Shown piece by piece: positions 8,291-18,288 of a stretch of 47,591 bases of DNA. Location of the stretch: positions 1-47,591 of the forward strand of contig CANQIN010000003.1 of the NCBI GenBank assembly GCA_947623995.1. Direction: 5' to 3'. Source of the stretch: an uncultured Bacilli bacterium (GTDB lineage Bacteria; Bacillota_I; Bacilli_A; RF39; UBA660). The notes beneath the pieces are model-generated. The model ran no database searches, was not told the DNA's origin, and was given only the letters and a program-made list of their open reading frames with translations. The position numbers were made by a program, and so were the translations under genes. Numbering within the stretch: the first letter of the stretch is position 1; each line of letters opens with the position of its first letter.

Positions 8291-8331
8291 ATTTTGGCAA
8301 AAATGTGATATGATAATAGCAGGGTGAGAGT

Positions 8332-9918
8332 ATGAAAGAGAATAGAAAAAAAGTAATAATGTATACAACATTAGGAATAATTGCTCTAGGAATAGTTGCT
8401 TTAACAGTAACTTATGCTTATTGGCGATTAACTAAAGAACAAACTAAAAAGAATGTTATCCAAACAGGTTGTTTTAGTATTAATTTTACTGGAGAAAATG
8501 ATATAACATTAAATAAAGCTTATCCAATGAAACCAGAAGAATTGGAAAACTTTTTAAGTACAGAAACACCATATCATTTTACTATAGAAAATACTTGTGA
8601 TAATTTAGCAACAGCTACAATAAATTTAGAAAGCTTAAATGCAGGATCAGAAAAACAATTAAATGATGAATATATAGATGCAATACTTTATGAAACTGAT
8701 TATCATAATAATTTAAATAGCGAAAAGCAGTTAAATGAAAGTATGTATAATGATGAAAATAAAGTAATAAGTAATTCACTACATGCTTATGAGTTATACA
8801 ATTTTGTATTACAAAAGGGAGAAACCAAGAGTTTTAATCTATTACTTTATATGGATTCAAATACCCCAATGGAAACTGCCAATATGAATGCGACTTGGAA
8901 AGGGAAAATAACATTAAGTGCTGGCTATAAAGAAGAAAAGGTAAGTATTCCAACAATTGAATTAGGAAATGATATTCAACCAGTAGAAAATGGTGATGGA
9001 CTTTATGCTGTTTCTCATGATGTAAGTGAGATAAGTACCAATTGGAATCAAACAGAATATCGATATGCAGGAGCAAATGTTAACAATTACGTATCATTTA
9101 ATAATGAAATTTGGCGAGTAATAGGTAAAGTAAATGTTCAAACTGATAACGGAGTTGAACAAAGATTAAAAATAGTAAGAACTGAAGTAGAAGGCCAAAA
9201 AGGATTTGGCAATCATGCATGGAATAAAACAACAAAAAATGATTGGACAATATCAACATTAAAAGATATGTTAAATGGAATATATTATGAAAGTAGCAGT
9301 GGTGATTGCTATATGGGAGATAGTGGTGATACAGCTGAACAATTAACTTGTGACTTTACAGGAGAAGGTATAATGCCTAAAGGTTTAAATTCAATATCAC
9401 AAAATATGATCGATAAAGATATTTTATGGAATATTGGCGGATATAGTGATAATGAAATTACAATAGATCAATTTTATGAAAAAGAACGTGGTAATATTTA
9501 TGGTAACAATTATTATTCTACACATCCAGTAGAATGGAGTAACGAAACAGATATTGGGGGGAAACATAATGGAATAGGTTTAATTTATCCAAGCGACTAT
9601 GGTTATGCAACATCTGGAGGAAAAGCGTGCTTTGAAGTAAATATTAATGAAACTGATACAAATTGTGGTACAAATAATTGGTTAAAGCCAAAAAACAATT
9701 ATATGTGGTTTTTAACTACAGATACTCATCGTGGATATGATACCTTTATAATAGGTTCTGAAGGTCATATTTATATGGAGGAAAATGTTGATTTTGCATA
9801 TGAAATTTGGCCAACTCTATACCTAAAATCTTCAGTTAAAATAACATCTAATCCTCATCTAGAACAAGATTATGGAAGTATTGATAATCCATTTCAATTA
9901 ATTGATACTTCATTGTAA
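8332..9918 (+). CDS. Secreted/surface protein: SipW-type signal peptide, TasA/camelysin-like N-domain, and a C-terminal domain shared with the 16931 locus
   Basis: N-terminal TM ending in VTYAYW. The first ~200 aa are highly similar to the 30919 protein. The C-part has YRYAGANVNNYVSFNNEIWRVIG, IGLIYPSDYGYA and PTLYLK. Confidence 0.8.
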   Translation: MKENRKKVIMYTTLGIIALGIVALTVTYAYWRLTKEQTKKNVIQTGCFSINFTGENDITLNKAYPMKPEELENFLSTETPYHFTIENTCDNLATATINLESLNAGSEKQLNDEYIDAILYETDYHNNLNSEKQLNESMYNDENKVISNSLHAYELYNFVLQKGETKSFNLLLYMDSNTPMETANMNATWKGKITLSAGYKEEKVSIPTIELGNDIQPVENGDGLYAVSHDVSEISTNWNQTEYRYAGANVNNYVSFNNEIWRVIGKVNVQTDNGVEQRLKIVRTEVEGQKGFGNHAWNKTTKNDWTISTLKDMLNGIYYESSSGDCYMGDSGDTAEQLTCDFTGEGIMPKGLNSISQNMIDKDILWNIGGYSDNEITIDQFYEKERGNIYGNNYYSTHPVEWSNETDIGGKHNGIGLIYPSDYGYATSGGKACFEVNINETDTNCGTNNWLKPKNNYMWFLTTDTHRGYDTFIIGSEGHIYMEENVDFAYEIWPTLYLKSSVKITSNPHLEQDYGSIDNPFQLIDTSL

Positions 9919-9929
9919 AATTTGTGTCT

Positions 9930-9960
9930 AAGACTAACTTGTTTTAAGTTAGTTTCTTTT
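9930..9960 (+). terminator. Probable terminator
   Basis: actaactt-gtttt-aagttagt stem followed by ttctttt. Confidence 0.6.
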
Positions 9961-9996
9961 ATTATGTGCTATACTTAATATATACTAGGTGATGTT

Positions 9997-12138
9997 ATGA
10001 ATGAGATAGATACTAAATTAAAAAATATTTTATATAAAAAGATTGATATAAATGATGAAGATACCTCAGAAAAATACTTTAATCATTTAGATCATTTAAT
10101 TGATGCTGTAATTAAAATAAGATTTAAAAATATTAAAAATAATTTCTTAAGTATCGATGAAATGGATTATTTTTTAAAACAAGGTATTGATTTTGTCTGT
10201 GATAAAAAAGATGAAAAATATTTAAAATTAATTACTGAAGAAATAATAAATAAAATTAAAACAACTATTAATTATCCTGTTGATATTAATTTTAATGACT
10301 TACATCACTTTGTTTTAGATGTTTATCATATGGTTAGTTATGCGGATACTTTTCCAAAAGAAACTGTTAATGATATGTATAGTTTAATCTTAAATAAAAT
10401 AGAAGATGCTTACTTTAAATTAACTAAAAAAGAAATTAAAGATGAATTATGTGAAGAATTAGATTTTACTTCTAAAAAAGAAAAAACTATTATAACAAGT
10501 TATAAATTAAAAAAAGTTAATGAAAAAATTAAAAAAAGAGAATATGATAAATTAGGAATATCAAAAAAAGATTTAGAATTAAAGCTTAAAGATAAAAGAA
10601 AAAGTATCTTAAATATTAAAGATATTATAAAAAATAAAATTATAATTAGTGAAGATAATTTTAAATATTTTGAAGAAAGATTTATTCAAGGTTCTTTAAC
10701 TAGTGAAGAAATAACTAAATTATTAAATTGTGAAAATAAAATTAGTTTAAAAATTTTAAAGAAATATAATGAAGCATTATTAGAAATTAGTAAGAATATT
10801 GAAATTGATAAAGTTGAAAAAAATAAATTATTATATCAAAGAAGACATAAAGTTGGTTTTGATTATAATAATTTTGTTATTGTAAATAATACTGATTATT
10901 TATATTATGTTGAAGAAATTATTAAAAGTTTACCAGAATATTTAAAAGAAAAGATTATTAATAATGCTAAAACTTATGAAGAAATAACTTTTTTAATTCC
11001 TTTTTTAGAATTCTTTCCTGAATTAAATGTCGATAAATACTGTAAAATATTAAAAAATTATTCGGTAGTTAAAGAAAGTATTTTAAAAGATAAAGTATGC
11101 AAGGAAAGGTATATTTCTGACCAAGAATGGCTTACAAATCATCTTTTAGATATTATTACTTTATCTTTAGGTTATTCTTCGGTTAATGAAGCTGAATATG
11201 CTTTACTGGGAAAAGAAATATATGATAAAAATCCTTTAAGAAGTTCTAAATATGCGGAATTTTATTTAAAGATGCTTAATAAAAATAGTTCATATTTACC
11301 AATAATTACAAATAATTATCAAGGATATAGTTATGAATTAAGTAATTATCATGATAAAGAAAGATTATTAATTGGGGTTAATTGTGAAGGTAGTTGTATG
11401 GATTTATTTCATAATAAAGGAAGAGAAACTTATGAAAAAGTCTTATTAGATAAAGATGCTGATGTTGTTATGATAAAAGATCCTAATCATAATTTTTATG
11501 GCAGAATTTTAGTATTTCGTAAAGGTAATTTTGTTTTAATGGGACCAATTAGAAATAAAAGTATTAAACATGATCGTAATGAATTTGATAAAAATTTAGT
11601 TAAACATATTGCTTTAAATATCTTAAAAGAAAGTATGAAGAATAATGATAATATTGATTTTGTTTTTATGGCTAATACCACATTTTATAATGATAAAGGA
11701 AAGTCGATAAATGATTTTATGGTTTTAAATGATGAGCGATTTGCTACACTTTTTCCACATGCTGATTTAGATGAAAAAGTATTAGTTTTAGCTTATAATC
11801 CAGATAAAAAATATGTATCATTTAATGTTAATTCTAAAGAAGAGTACCATCTGTCTCATCAAAAAATTAATTATAATCCTAGTAATGAAGATGTATTAAG
11901 AATTATTGCGATTAATAAATTATTAAATCCTAGTAATGATAATACTATTAAACCTTTTGATAAAAATGATTATTTAAAAGTAATTGTTGGTGAATGTTGG
12001 TTTTTAGCCTTAAGAAAAGATTATACTATTTTAGAATGTTTACTTCCTAATGCTGATAAATTAAGTGTTAATGAATTTGTCAATGCAAAAATGAAATTAA
12101 TGGAAAATGCTGAAATAAATAAACCTCCTATGTTATAA
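9997..12138 (+). CDS. Large hypothetical cytoplasmic protein (713 aa)
   Basis: Long ORF with RBS AGGTGA and extended -10 TGcTATACT. Helical K-rich N-half, alpha/beta C-half containing GSCMD and GRILVFRKGN. Confidence 0.8.
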   Translation: MNEIDTKLKNILYKKIDINDEDTSEKYFNHLDHLIDAVIKIRFKNIKNNFLSIDEMDYFLKQGIDFVCDKKDEKYLKLITEEIINKIKTTINYPVDINFNDLHHFVLDVYHMVSYADTFPKETVNDMYSLILNKIEDAYFKLTKKEIKDELCEELDFTSKKEKTIITSYKLKKVNEKIKKREYDKLGISKKDLELKLKDKRKSILNIKDIIKNKIIISEDNFKYFEERFIQGSLTSEEITKLLNCENKISLKILKKYNEALLEISKNIEIDKVEKNKLLYQRRHKVGFDYNNFVIVNNTDYLYYVEEIIKSLPEYLKEKIINNAKTYEEITFLIPFLEFFPELNVDKYCKILKNYSVVKESILKDKVCKERYISDQEWLTNHLLDIITLSLGYSSVNEAEYALLGKEIYDKNPLRSSKYAEFYLKMLNKNSSYLPIITNNYQGYSYELSNYHDKERLLIGVNCEGSCMDLFHNKGRETYEKVLLDKDADVVMIKDPNHNFYGRILVFRKGNFVLMGPIRNKSIKHDRNEFDKNLVKHIALNILKESMKNNDNIDFVFMANTTFYNDKGKSINDFMVLNDERFATLFPHADLDEKVLVLAYNPDKKYVSFNVNSKEEYHLSHQKINYNPSNEDVLRIIAINKLLNPSNDNTIKPFDKNDYLKVIVGECWFLALRKDYTILECLLPNADKLSVNEFVNAKMKLMENAEINKPPML

Positions 12139-12163
12139 TAAAAATAACAAAGGAGGATTCTTT

Positions 12164-13438
12164 ATGTTTCAAGATGAAGTAAAACTTAAATTAGTTGCTG
12201 GTAAAGGTGGCGATGGCTGTACTTCTTTTCGAAGAGAAAAATATGTTCCTATGGGTGGACCTGATGGTGGAACTGGTGGCCATGGGGGAAATATTGTTTT
12301 TGTTGCTGAAAAAGGATTAAAAACGTTAGTTGATTTAAAATATCATAAAATTATTAAAGCAACTAAAGGAGAAAATGGTAAGGGTAAAAATATGACTGGT
12401 AAAGACGCCAAAGATGTGATTATTAAAGTCCCTTTAGGAACGACTATTTATGATGATGATACAAATCTTATTCTTGCAGATTTAACGGTTGATAAAGAAA
12501 GTGTTATTGTTGCCCATGGTGGAAGAGGGGGAAAAGGTAATAAAGCTTTTGCAACTCATGATAAACCAGCCCCATCTTTTTCTGAACTTGGTGAACCAGG
12601 TGAAATAAGATACATTAAATGTGAATTAAAATTACTTGCTGATGTTGGGTTAATTGGGATGCCTAGTGTCGGTAAATCATCTATTTTGGCAAGTGTATCT
12701 AATTCTAGTCCTAAAATTGCTAGCTATCATTTTACGACTTTAAACCCTAATTTAGGTGTTGTAACCTTAAAAGATCAATCTACCTTTGTATTAGCAGATT
12801 TACCAGGTTTAATTGAAGGCGCTAGTCTTGGAGTAGGGCTAGGTATTAAATTTTTAAGACATGCTTCTCGTTGTAAGATTTTAGCCCATGTTATTGATAT
12901 GTCAGCAAGTGAAGGAAGAAATCCTATCGAAGATTATGAAACAATTAGAAAAGAAATTAATTCTTATAGTGAAAAATTAGCAAATAAAAAAGAAGTTATT
13001 ATTGCTAATAAAATGGATCTTCCAAGTGCTAATGATAATCTAAAATTATTTAAAAAACGTTATCCTGATAAACAAATATTTGAAGTATCAGCTCTTAATC
13101 ATACCGGTTTAAATGAATTATTAGAATATTTAAAACAAATGTTAGATACAATATTAGATGAAAAAGTCTATAATGAAGATGAATATGAAAGTACCATTAT
13201 TTATCGCTTTAAAAATGAAAAACCATATACAATTAGTAAGGAAGAAGGTATATGGATAATTAAAGGTAAAGAAATTGAAAAATTATTTGCTATGACTAGA
13301 TTTGATGAAGAAGAAGCTATTGATAGATTAATGCGTAAATTAAGAGGAATGGGTATTGATGAAGAATTAGAACGTTTAGGAGCTAAAAAAGGCGATGAAA
13401 TAGAAATTAATAATTATATCTTTGAATGGAAAGATTAA
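12164..13438 (+). CDS. obgE: GTPase ObgE
   Basis: Gly-rich Obg fold, GMPSVGKS, DLPG and NKMD motifs, C-terminal OCT domain. Confidence 0.99.
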   Translation: MFQDEVKLKLVAGKGGDGCTSFRREKYVPMGGPDGGTGGHGGNIVFVAEKGLKTLVDLKYHKIIKATKGENGKGKNMTGKDAKDVIIKVPLGTTIYDDDTNLILADLTVDKESVIVAHGGRGGKGNKAFATHDKPAPSFSELGEPGEIRYIKCELKLLADVGLIGMPSVGKSSILASVSNSSPKIASYHFTTLNPNLGVVTLKDQSTFVLADLPGLIEGASLGVGLGIKFLRHASRCKILAHVIDMSASEGRNPIEDYETIRKEINSYSEKLANKKEVIIANKMDLPSANDNLKLFKKRYPDKQIFEVSALNHTGLNELLEYLKQMLDTILDEKVYNEDEYESTIIYRFKNEKPYTISKEEGIWIIKGKEIEKLFAMTRFDEEEAIDRLMRKLRGMGIDEELERLGAKKGDEIEINNYIFEWKD

Positions 13439-13752
13439 TTAGTTAATTTTAAAACGGAACCTACAACAATTTTTTCTTTAGTTTGAGTAGGAATTAAAAA
13501 TATATGAACTTTTTTCTTATCTTTTTTAACATGAATTATTTTATTTTTAGGGACATCTCTAAAAATTTTTTCTACTTGATAATCTAAATTAGTTACTAAA
13601 ATATTAATATTATTTTTTCTAAGATATGTTGTAACTGTATTAGTATTAGGATAATAAATAATTTTATCATTTACTTTATTAGCTAAAACTTTTTCTTTTA
13701 AACTTTTAACTTTAATAACTTCATAATGTTTTAAACCTAATTTTATTTTCAT
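13435..13752 (-). CDS. Small basic protein, degenerate DUF192-like
   Basis: YYPNTNTVTTYL...INILVTN...VPKNKI resembles the DUF192 pattern. RBS AAGGTGA. Confidence 0.5.
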   Translation of the reverse strand: MKIKLGLKHYEVIKVKSLKEKVLANKVNDKIIYYPNTNTVTTYLRKNNINILVTNLDYQVEKIFRDVPKNKIIHVKKDKKKVHIFLIPTQTKEKIVVGSVLKLTN

Positions 13753-13855
13753 AAACAATCACCTTACTAAATTATATATTTATCTTGTCAAATTAGAACA
13801 AAAAGATTTTTTTAAATAAAAAAGTATGATATAATTTTTAAAGAATAAAAGATGG

Positions 13856-15892
13856 GTGAAGAATATGTTTGGAAAAATTAAATTTATTAGTGAATCTGCA
13901 GCTCATGTAGAAAATACTTTAAGTGCTGATGAAACAACCGATTTAATGAATTTACATGTTATTTTTGAAGCGCCAAATCAAAGAATTTTAGGTGAAGTAG
14001 CGGAGATAAATCCTGATAATATTAAAATTACGTTTTTAGGTGAATATATTGATGACAGGTATGTTAATGGTGTTATAAGAAAACCTTTAATATCTAGTAG
14101 AATAAGAGTTATAAATCAAACTGAATTACAAAAATTAATTGGTTTAAAAGATGATAATACTTTTGAATTAGGCAAAAGTGCTATTTATAAAAATTATACT
14201 GTTTATCCTAGTATAAATGATTTCTTTTCTAATCATTTCTTTATCTGTGGTAACTCTGGTTCTGGTAAAACACATGGTGTATCAAGAATTATTCAAAATG
14301 TTTTTAAAGATGTAAAAGTATTAAAGAAAAATTCTAATATTTTCTTATTTGATGCTTATGGCGAATATAAGCATGCTTTTAGATCAATTAATGAGTATAA
14401 TCCTGACTATCAATATAAATTTATTACTTCTAATATTCAAGAAGACAGTGATGTACCTCTAGAAATACCAATGTGTTTATTAAAACTTGATGATATGGCT
14501 TTACTTTTGCAAGCATCTACTCACAGTCAATTGCCAATCATCGAAAGAACTATTAGACTTGCCAAAATATTCTCTCAAAACAGTCAAGAAAGTGAAACAT
14601 ATAAAAATCATTTAATTGCTAAAGCACTGCTTGCCATTTTATTTAGTAATCAAACAACTGCCCAAAAGAAAAATCAAATTTTTACAATAGTTGAAACTTG
14701 TCACACTAAAGATTTTGATTTCGATACAAGAATAGCTGGAGTAGGTTTTACAAGAAGTTTTGCTGAATGTTTTGAAATCGATTCTAATGGTAATTTTGGT
14801 GAATCAGTTTTAATTACCGATTATATTTTAAAACATATTAATGAAGAATTAGAAGAAACTAAAGAACCAGAAACTTATTCTTACTCAATGCTTGATTTTT
14901 CTAAAGCTCTAGAATTTACTTTAATCAGTGAAGGTTTCTTAAATAATCAAGCTGTAGCTGATGATGCCACAATATTAAAGGTACGTATTAGTTCGATTTT
15001 AAATACTAAAGTTGGTACTTATTTTGTTAATAATGGTTATATTACAGCTCATGAATTTGCTAAAAATTTAGTAATGTTAAATGGCAAGAAAGCTCAGATA
15101 ATTAATATTAATTTAGAAGATGTTGATGATGTATATGCTAAAGTAATTGTTAAGATTTTCTGTCGAATTATTTTTGATTATACTAAAAGTTTAGAAGATC
15201 GTGCTAGTATGCCATGTCATTTAATCTTAGAAGAAGCTCACCGTTACATTCAAGCTGATAATGATACTTTCTTACTAGGTTATAATATTTTTGATAGAAT
15301 TGCTAAAGAAGGTCGTAAATATGGAACTATATTAGGAATAATTTCCCAAAGACCTGTTGAAATAAGTGATACAGTTGTTGCTCAAGTATCTAATTTCTTA
15401 ATTTTTAAAATGACCCATCCTAAAGATTTAAAATATATTGAAGAAATGTTACCAAATATTTCGGCAGATGTTATTGAAAAACAAAAAACTTTACAACCTG
15501 GTAGTTGTGTTGCTTTTGGTGGAGCCTTTAAAATACCTATGATTATTAGAATGGCTATGCCAGATCCACCACCTTATTCATCTAACTGTAATGTTAAAAA
15601 TTGCTGGACAAAAGAAACAACTGAAGAAACAAAAGAACCTATTAATATAGAAAATAATCAAACTAATCAATTTAACTATACACAAGCTCCAATAAATAAT
15701 TTTGGATCAACCAACGAACTAGCTCAAACAACAAATAACAATCCAACTCAAAAGCAAAATATGACTCAAATGCCAACTGCTCAAAACTCTCAATTTTTTA
15801 ATCAAAATATTCAACCAACTAATCAAGAACCTAACTTAAATTCTCAAACTATACAAATGCCTGAAGCAAGATTTATTCAAAATGATAATTAA
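13856..15892 (+). CDS. HerA/FtsK-superfamily ATPase (DUF87) with an Asn/Gln-rich disordered tail
   Basis: N-terminal HAS-barrel-like region, Walker A GNSGSGKT, FDAYGEY, Walker B LEEAHRY, AKEGRKYG and SQRP. Confidence 0.9.
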   Translation: MKNMFGKIKFISESAAHVENTLSADETTDLMNLHVIFEAPNQRILGEVAEINPDNIKITFLGEYIDDRYVNGVIRKPLISSRIRVINQTELQKLIGLKDDNTFELGKSAIYKNYTVYPSINDFFSNHFFICGNSGSGKTHGVSRIIQNVFKDVKVLKKNSNIFLFDAYGEYKHAFRSINEYNPDYQYKFITSNIQEDSDVPLEIPMCLLKLDDMALLLQASTHSQLPIIERTIRLAKIFSQNSQESETYKNHLIAKALLAILFSNQTTAQKKNQIFTIVETCHTKDFDFDTRIAGVGFTRSFAECFEIDSNGNFGESVLITDYILKHINEELEETKEPETYSYSMLDFSKALEFTLISEGFLNNQAVADDATILKVRISSILNTKVGTYFVNNGYITAHEFAKNLVMLNGKKAQIININLEDVDDVYAKVIVKIFCRIIFDYTKSLEDRASMPCHLILEEAHRYIQADNDTFLLGYNIFDRIAKEGRKYGTILGIISQRPVEISDTVVAQVSNFLIFKMTHPKDLKYIEEMLPNISADVIEKQKTLQPGSCVAFGGAFKIPMIIRMAMPDPPPYSSNCNVKNCWTKETTEETKEPINIENNQTNQFNYTQAPINNFGSTNELAQTTNNNPTQKQNMTQMPTAQNSQFFNQNIQPTNQEPNLNSQTIQMPEARFIQNDN

Positions 15893-15917
15893 TAAAATTA
15901 TATGACACAACATAGAA

Positions 15918-15946
15918 TTGATATTTTAGTAGTTATTTGCTACAAT
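15918..15946 (+). promoter_or_regulatory. sigmaA promoter for 6S RNA/tcdA
   Basis: TTGATA-N17-TACAAT with an extended -10 TG. Confidence 0.75.
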
Positions 15947-15954
15947 TAAATTAC

Positions 15955-16115
15955 CAAATGATAGTAAGATTTGCATAAAACCGACTATGGTGATACTTGG
16001 GAATCGGATACTCTATATGGTGTAGAAGACTAATCCATTAAGTGAATTAGGATCCTAAAGTATAGATATGATGCCCCCCTGCTAGCTAGCGGGATTTTAT
16101 CACACTTACTTCTTT
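15955..16115 (+). ncRNA. ssrS: 6S RNA
   Basis: Closing stem agtaag/cttact, internal TTGGGA and CCCCCTGCT..AGCGGG motifs. Sits directly upstream of a tcdA/yrvM homolog, as in B. subtilis bsrA-yrvM. Ends approximate. Confidence 0.8.
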
Positions 16116-16137
16116 GGTTTTTTTAATGGAGGAAAAT

Positions 16138-16797
16138 ATGTTTAATAGATTAGAATTATTAATAGGAAATAATCTCAAAAAATTAAAAAAAGCTAATATT
16201 TTACTTATTGGTTTAGGTGGAGTAGGAGGCTATGTTTTTGAATGTTTAATTAGAAGTGGCATAGAAAATATTACTGTAATTGATTATGATAAATTTGAGA
16301 TAACTAATTTAAATAGACAAATTCTAGCTACAAATAAAACATTAAACAAAAATAAAACGGATATTGCTTTAAAAAGAACTTTAACAATTAATCCAAATGC
16401 TCATATTAAACCAATAAAAATTGCTTTAAAAGAAGAAAATATAAAAGAATTAATAAATAATTCTTATGATTATATTATTGATGCTTGTGATGATGTTAAA
16501 ACAAAAATTAGTTTAATAAAATATACAAAAGACAATAACCTAAAATTAATATCTTGTATGGGAACAGCTAATAAAAAAAATCCATTATTATTTAAAATAA
16601 CGAATTTAGATAAAACTTATAATGATCCTTTAGCAAAAAAAATTAGAACATCTCTACCAAAAAGATATTTAAATACCAAAGTTCTTTGGAGTAGTGAAGT
16701 GCCTATAAATAAAGGAAGTCTTGGCACTTTTTGTGCGATTCCCATGACAGCTGGGTCAATAATTGCTCAATATGTAATAAATGAATTATTAAAATAA
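16138..16797 (+). CDS. tcdA: tRNA threonylcarbamoyladenosine dehydratase (ThiF/E1-like)
   Basis: GLGGVGG, TNLNRQ, IIDACD and DPLAKKIR motifs. Start placed at ATG 16138 after GGAGG. Confidence 0.9.
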   Translation: MFNRLELLIGNNLKKLKKANILLIGLGGVGGYVFECLIRSGIENITVIDYDKFEITNLNRQILATNKTLNKNKTDIALKRTLTINPNAHIKPIKIALKEENIKELINNSYDYIIDACDDVKTKISLIKYTKDNNLKLISCMGTANKKNPLLFKITNLDKTYNDPLAKKIRTSLPKRYLNTKVLWSSEVPINKGSLGTFCAIPMTAGSIIAQYVINELLK

Positions 16798-16930
16798 TTT
16801 AAAAAATTAAACGATATGGATTATCTTATATTAGAAATATTTTCAATTTTCATAGTTGAATTTAAATAACCGTTCACCTGTCCAATTAATTAAACATAGT
16901 TGCCAAATGTAATAGTTATTGAATAATTTT

Positions 16931-18147
16931 TTACAAAGAGATTTGGAAAGGATTACTAATTGATCCATACATATTATCCCTATGTTCAAAAATACTAATA
17001 TTATTTTTTAAGTATACAGTAGGCCATACCTGATAAGAATCATAAATCCATGGATTAGCAACTGCTCCATCTGCATTAAAATAAATACCAATTCTATAAT
17101 CTGAAGCATCAGGTGTAATAAACCAATTCCATGTTATTTGAAAAAGCCAATTTTTGCTAAAACAACCATCAAAACTATAATGATGTAAATCTTTTGATAA
17201 ACATGCATTTTGAACATTTAATCCAACTGCATAACCGAAATCACTAGGATAAATTAAACCAACTCCATTATGAAATAATAAATCATTTTCAGCATTCCAT
17301 ACATTAGGGAAATTAATATTAGCAGTAAATTCTGATCTTTCACTTTCATAATACTCACTTGCCGTAACTTCAGAAGTTAATGCTCCACCAATATTCCACA
17401 CAATATCATTATCAATCATATTTTGAACATTTTTTAAACCATTTGGTTGATCACCATTTCCAGTAAAATCGCATTGTTCTTTTTCGATATTTTTATGATA
17501 ACAATCGCCAATACCACTATTATAATAAATACTATTTAACATATCTTTTAAAATTGATGTTATCCAATCATTTTTAGATAAATCATAAATATAACTTCCA
17601 AAATTTTTTTGACCTTCTATTCCATTTTGTCTAACAATTTTTAATCGTTCTTCAATAATACCTTTAGAATTTTGAACTTTCATAACTCCAACGATTCGCC
17701 AAATTTCATTATTAAATATAATATAATTATTAGGATTTAATTCCAATATATCTTAAATTATTATCTTTTGTTCCTAATTCACCTAAATTTTCTTCTCCAT
17801 CATAAATTAATTCGGACTTATTATCTTTGGCTAAATTTTTAATATATTCAATTACATTAACTTTTTTACCAAAATATAAACTACATTTAGTTTTACTTTT
17901 ACTTAAGAGCACATTTATTTTCATCCCAAAAAATGCTTGGACCATTATCACAATCACCACGTTCAAAAACAAAACCTTCTGAATTATCTTTTGTTGGCAT
18001 TGAATCTATTTTGTCATTCCCAATATAGTAACTAATAAAGACATCATCTTTAGACATTTTATTATTAACGATATGTATAAAAAATACATTAATAATTATA
18101 ATTAAACATACAAAAAATAACTTTTTTAAATAATTTTTATTATCCAT
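16931..18147 (-). pseudogene. Surface protein gene split by two frameshifts (three ORF fragments)
   Basis: Fragments 17899-18147, 17730-17972 and 16931-17746 join into one protein whose C-domain is paralogous to 8332..9918 (LRYIG/NPNNYIIFNNEIWRIVG). Shifts lie near 17900-17915 and 17741. Confidence 0.85.
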
Positions 18148-18163
18148 AAACCCTCACCTATAT

Positions 18164-18196
18164 ATTATAGCCCATAACCTCCCCCCCCTATATCAA
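18164..18196 (-). promoter_or_regulatory. Promoter-like element with a G8 tract in the spacer
   Basis: TTGATA (18196-18191), N21, TATAAT (18169-18164). C8 on + at 18181-18188. Confidence 0.45.
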
Positions 18197-18288
18197 GTGG
18201 AAACTGGGAATATTAGTTATTTTTAGTACAGTTTTTTTTTGACACTTATAATATATAATTTCGTTTTATAATTAATAATAAATAAAAA

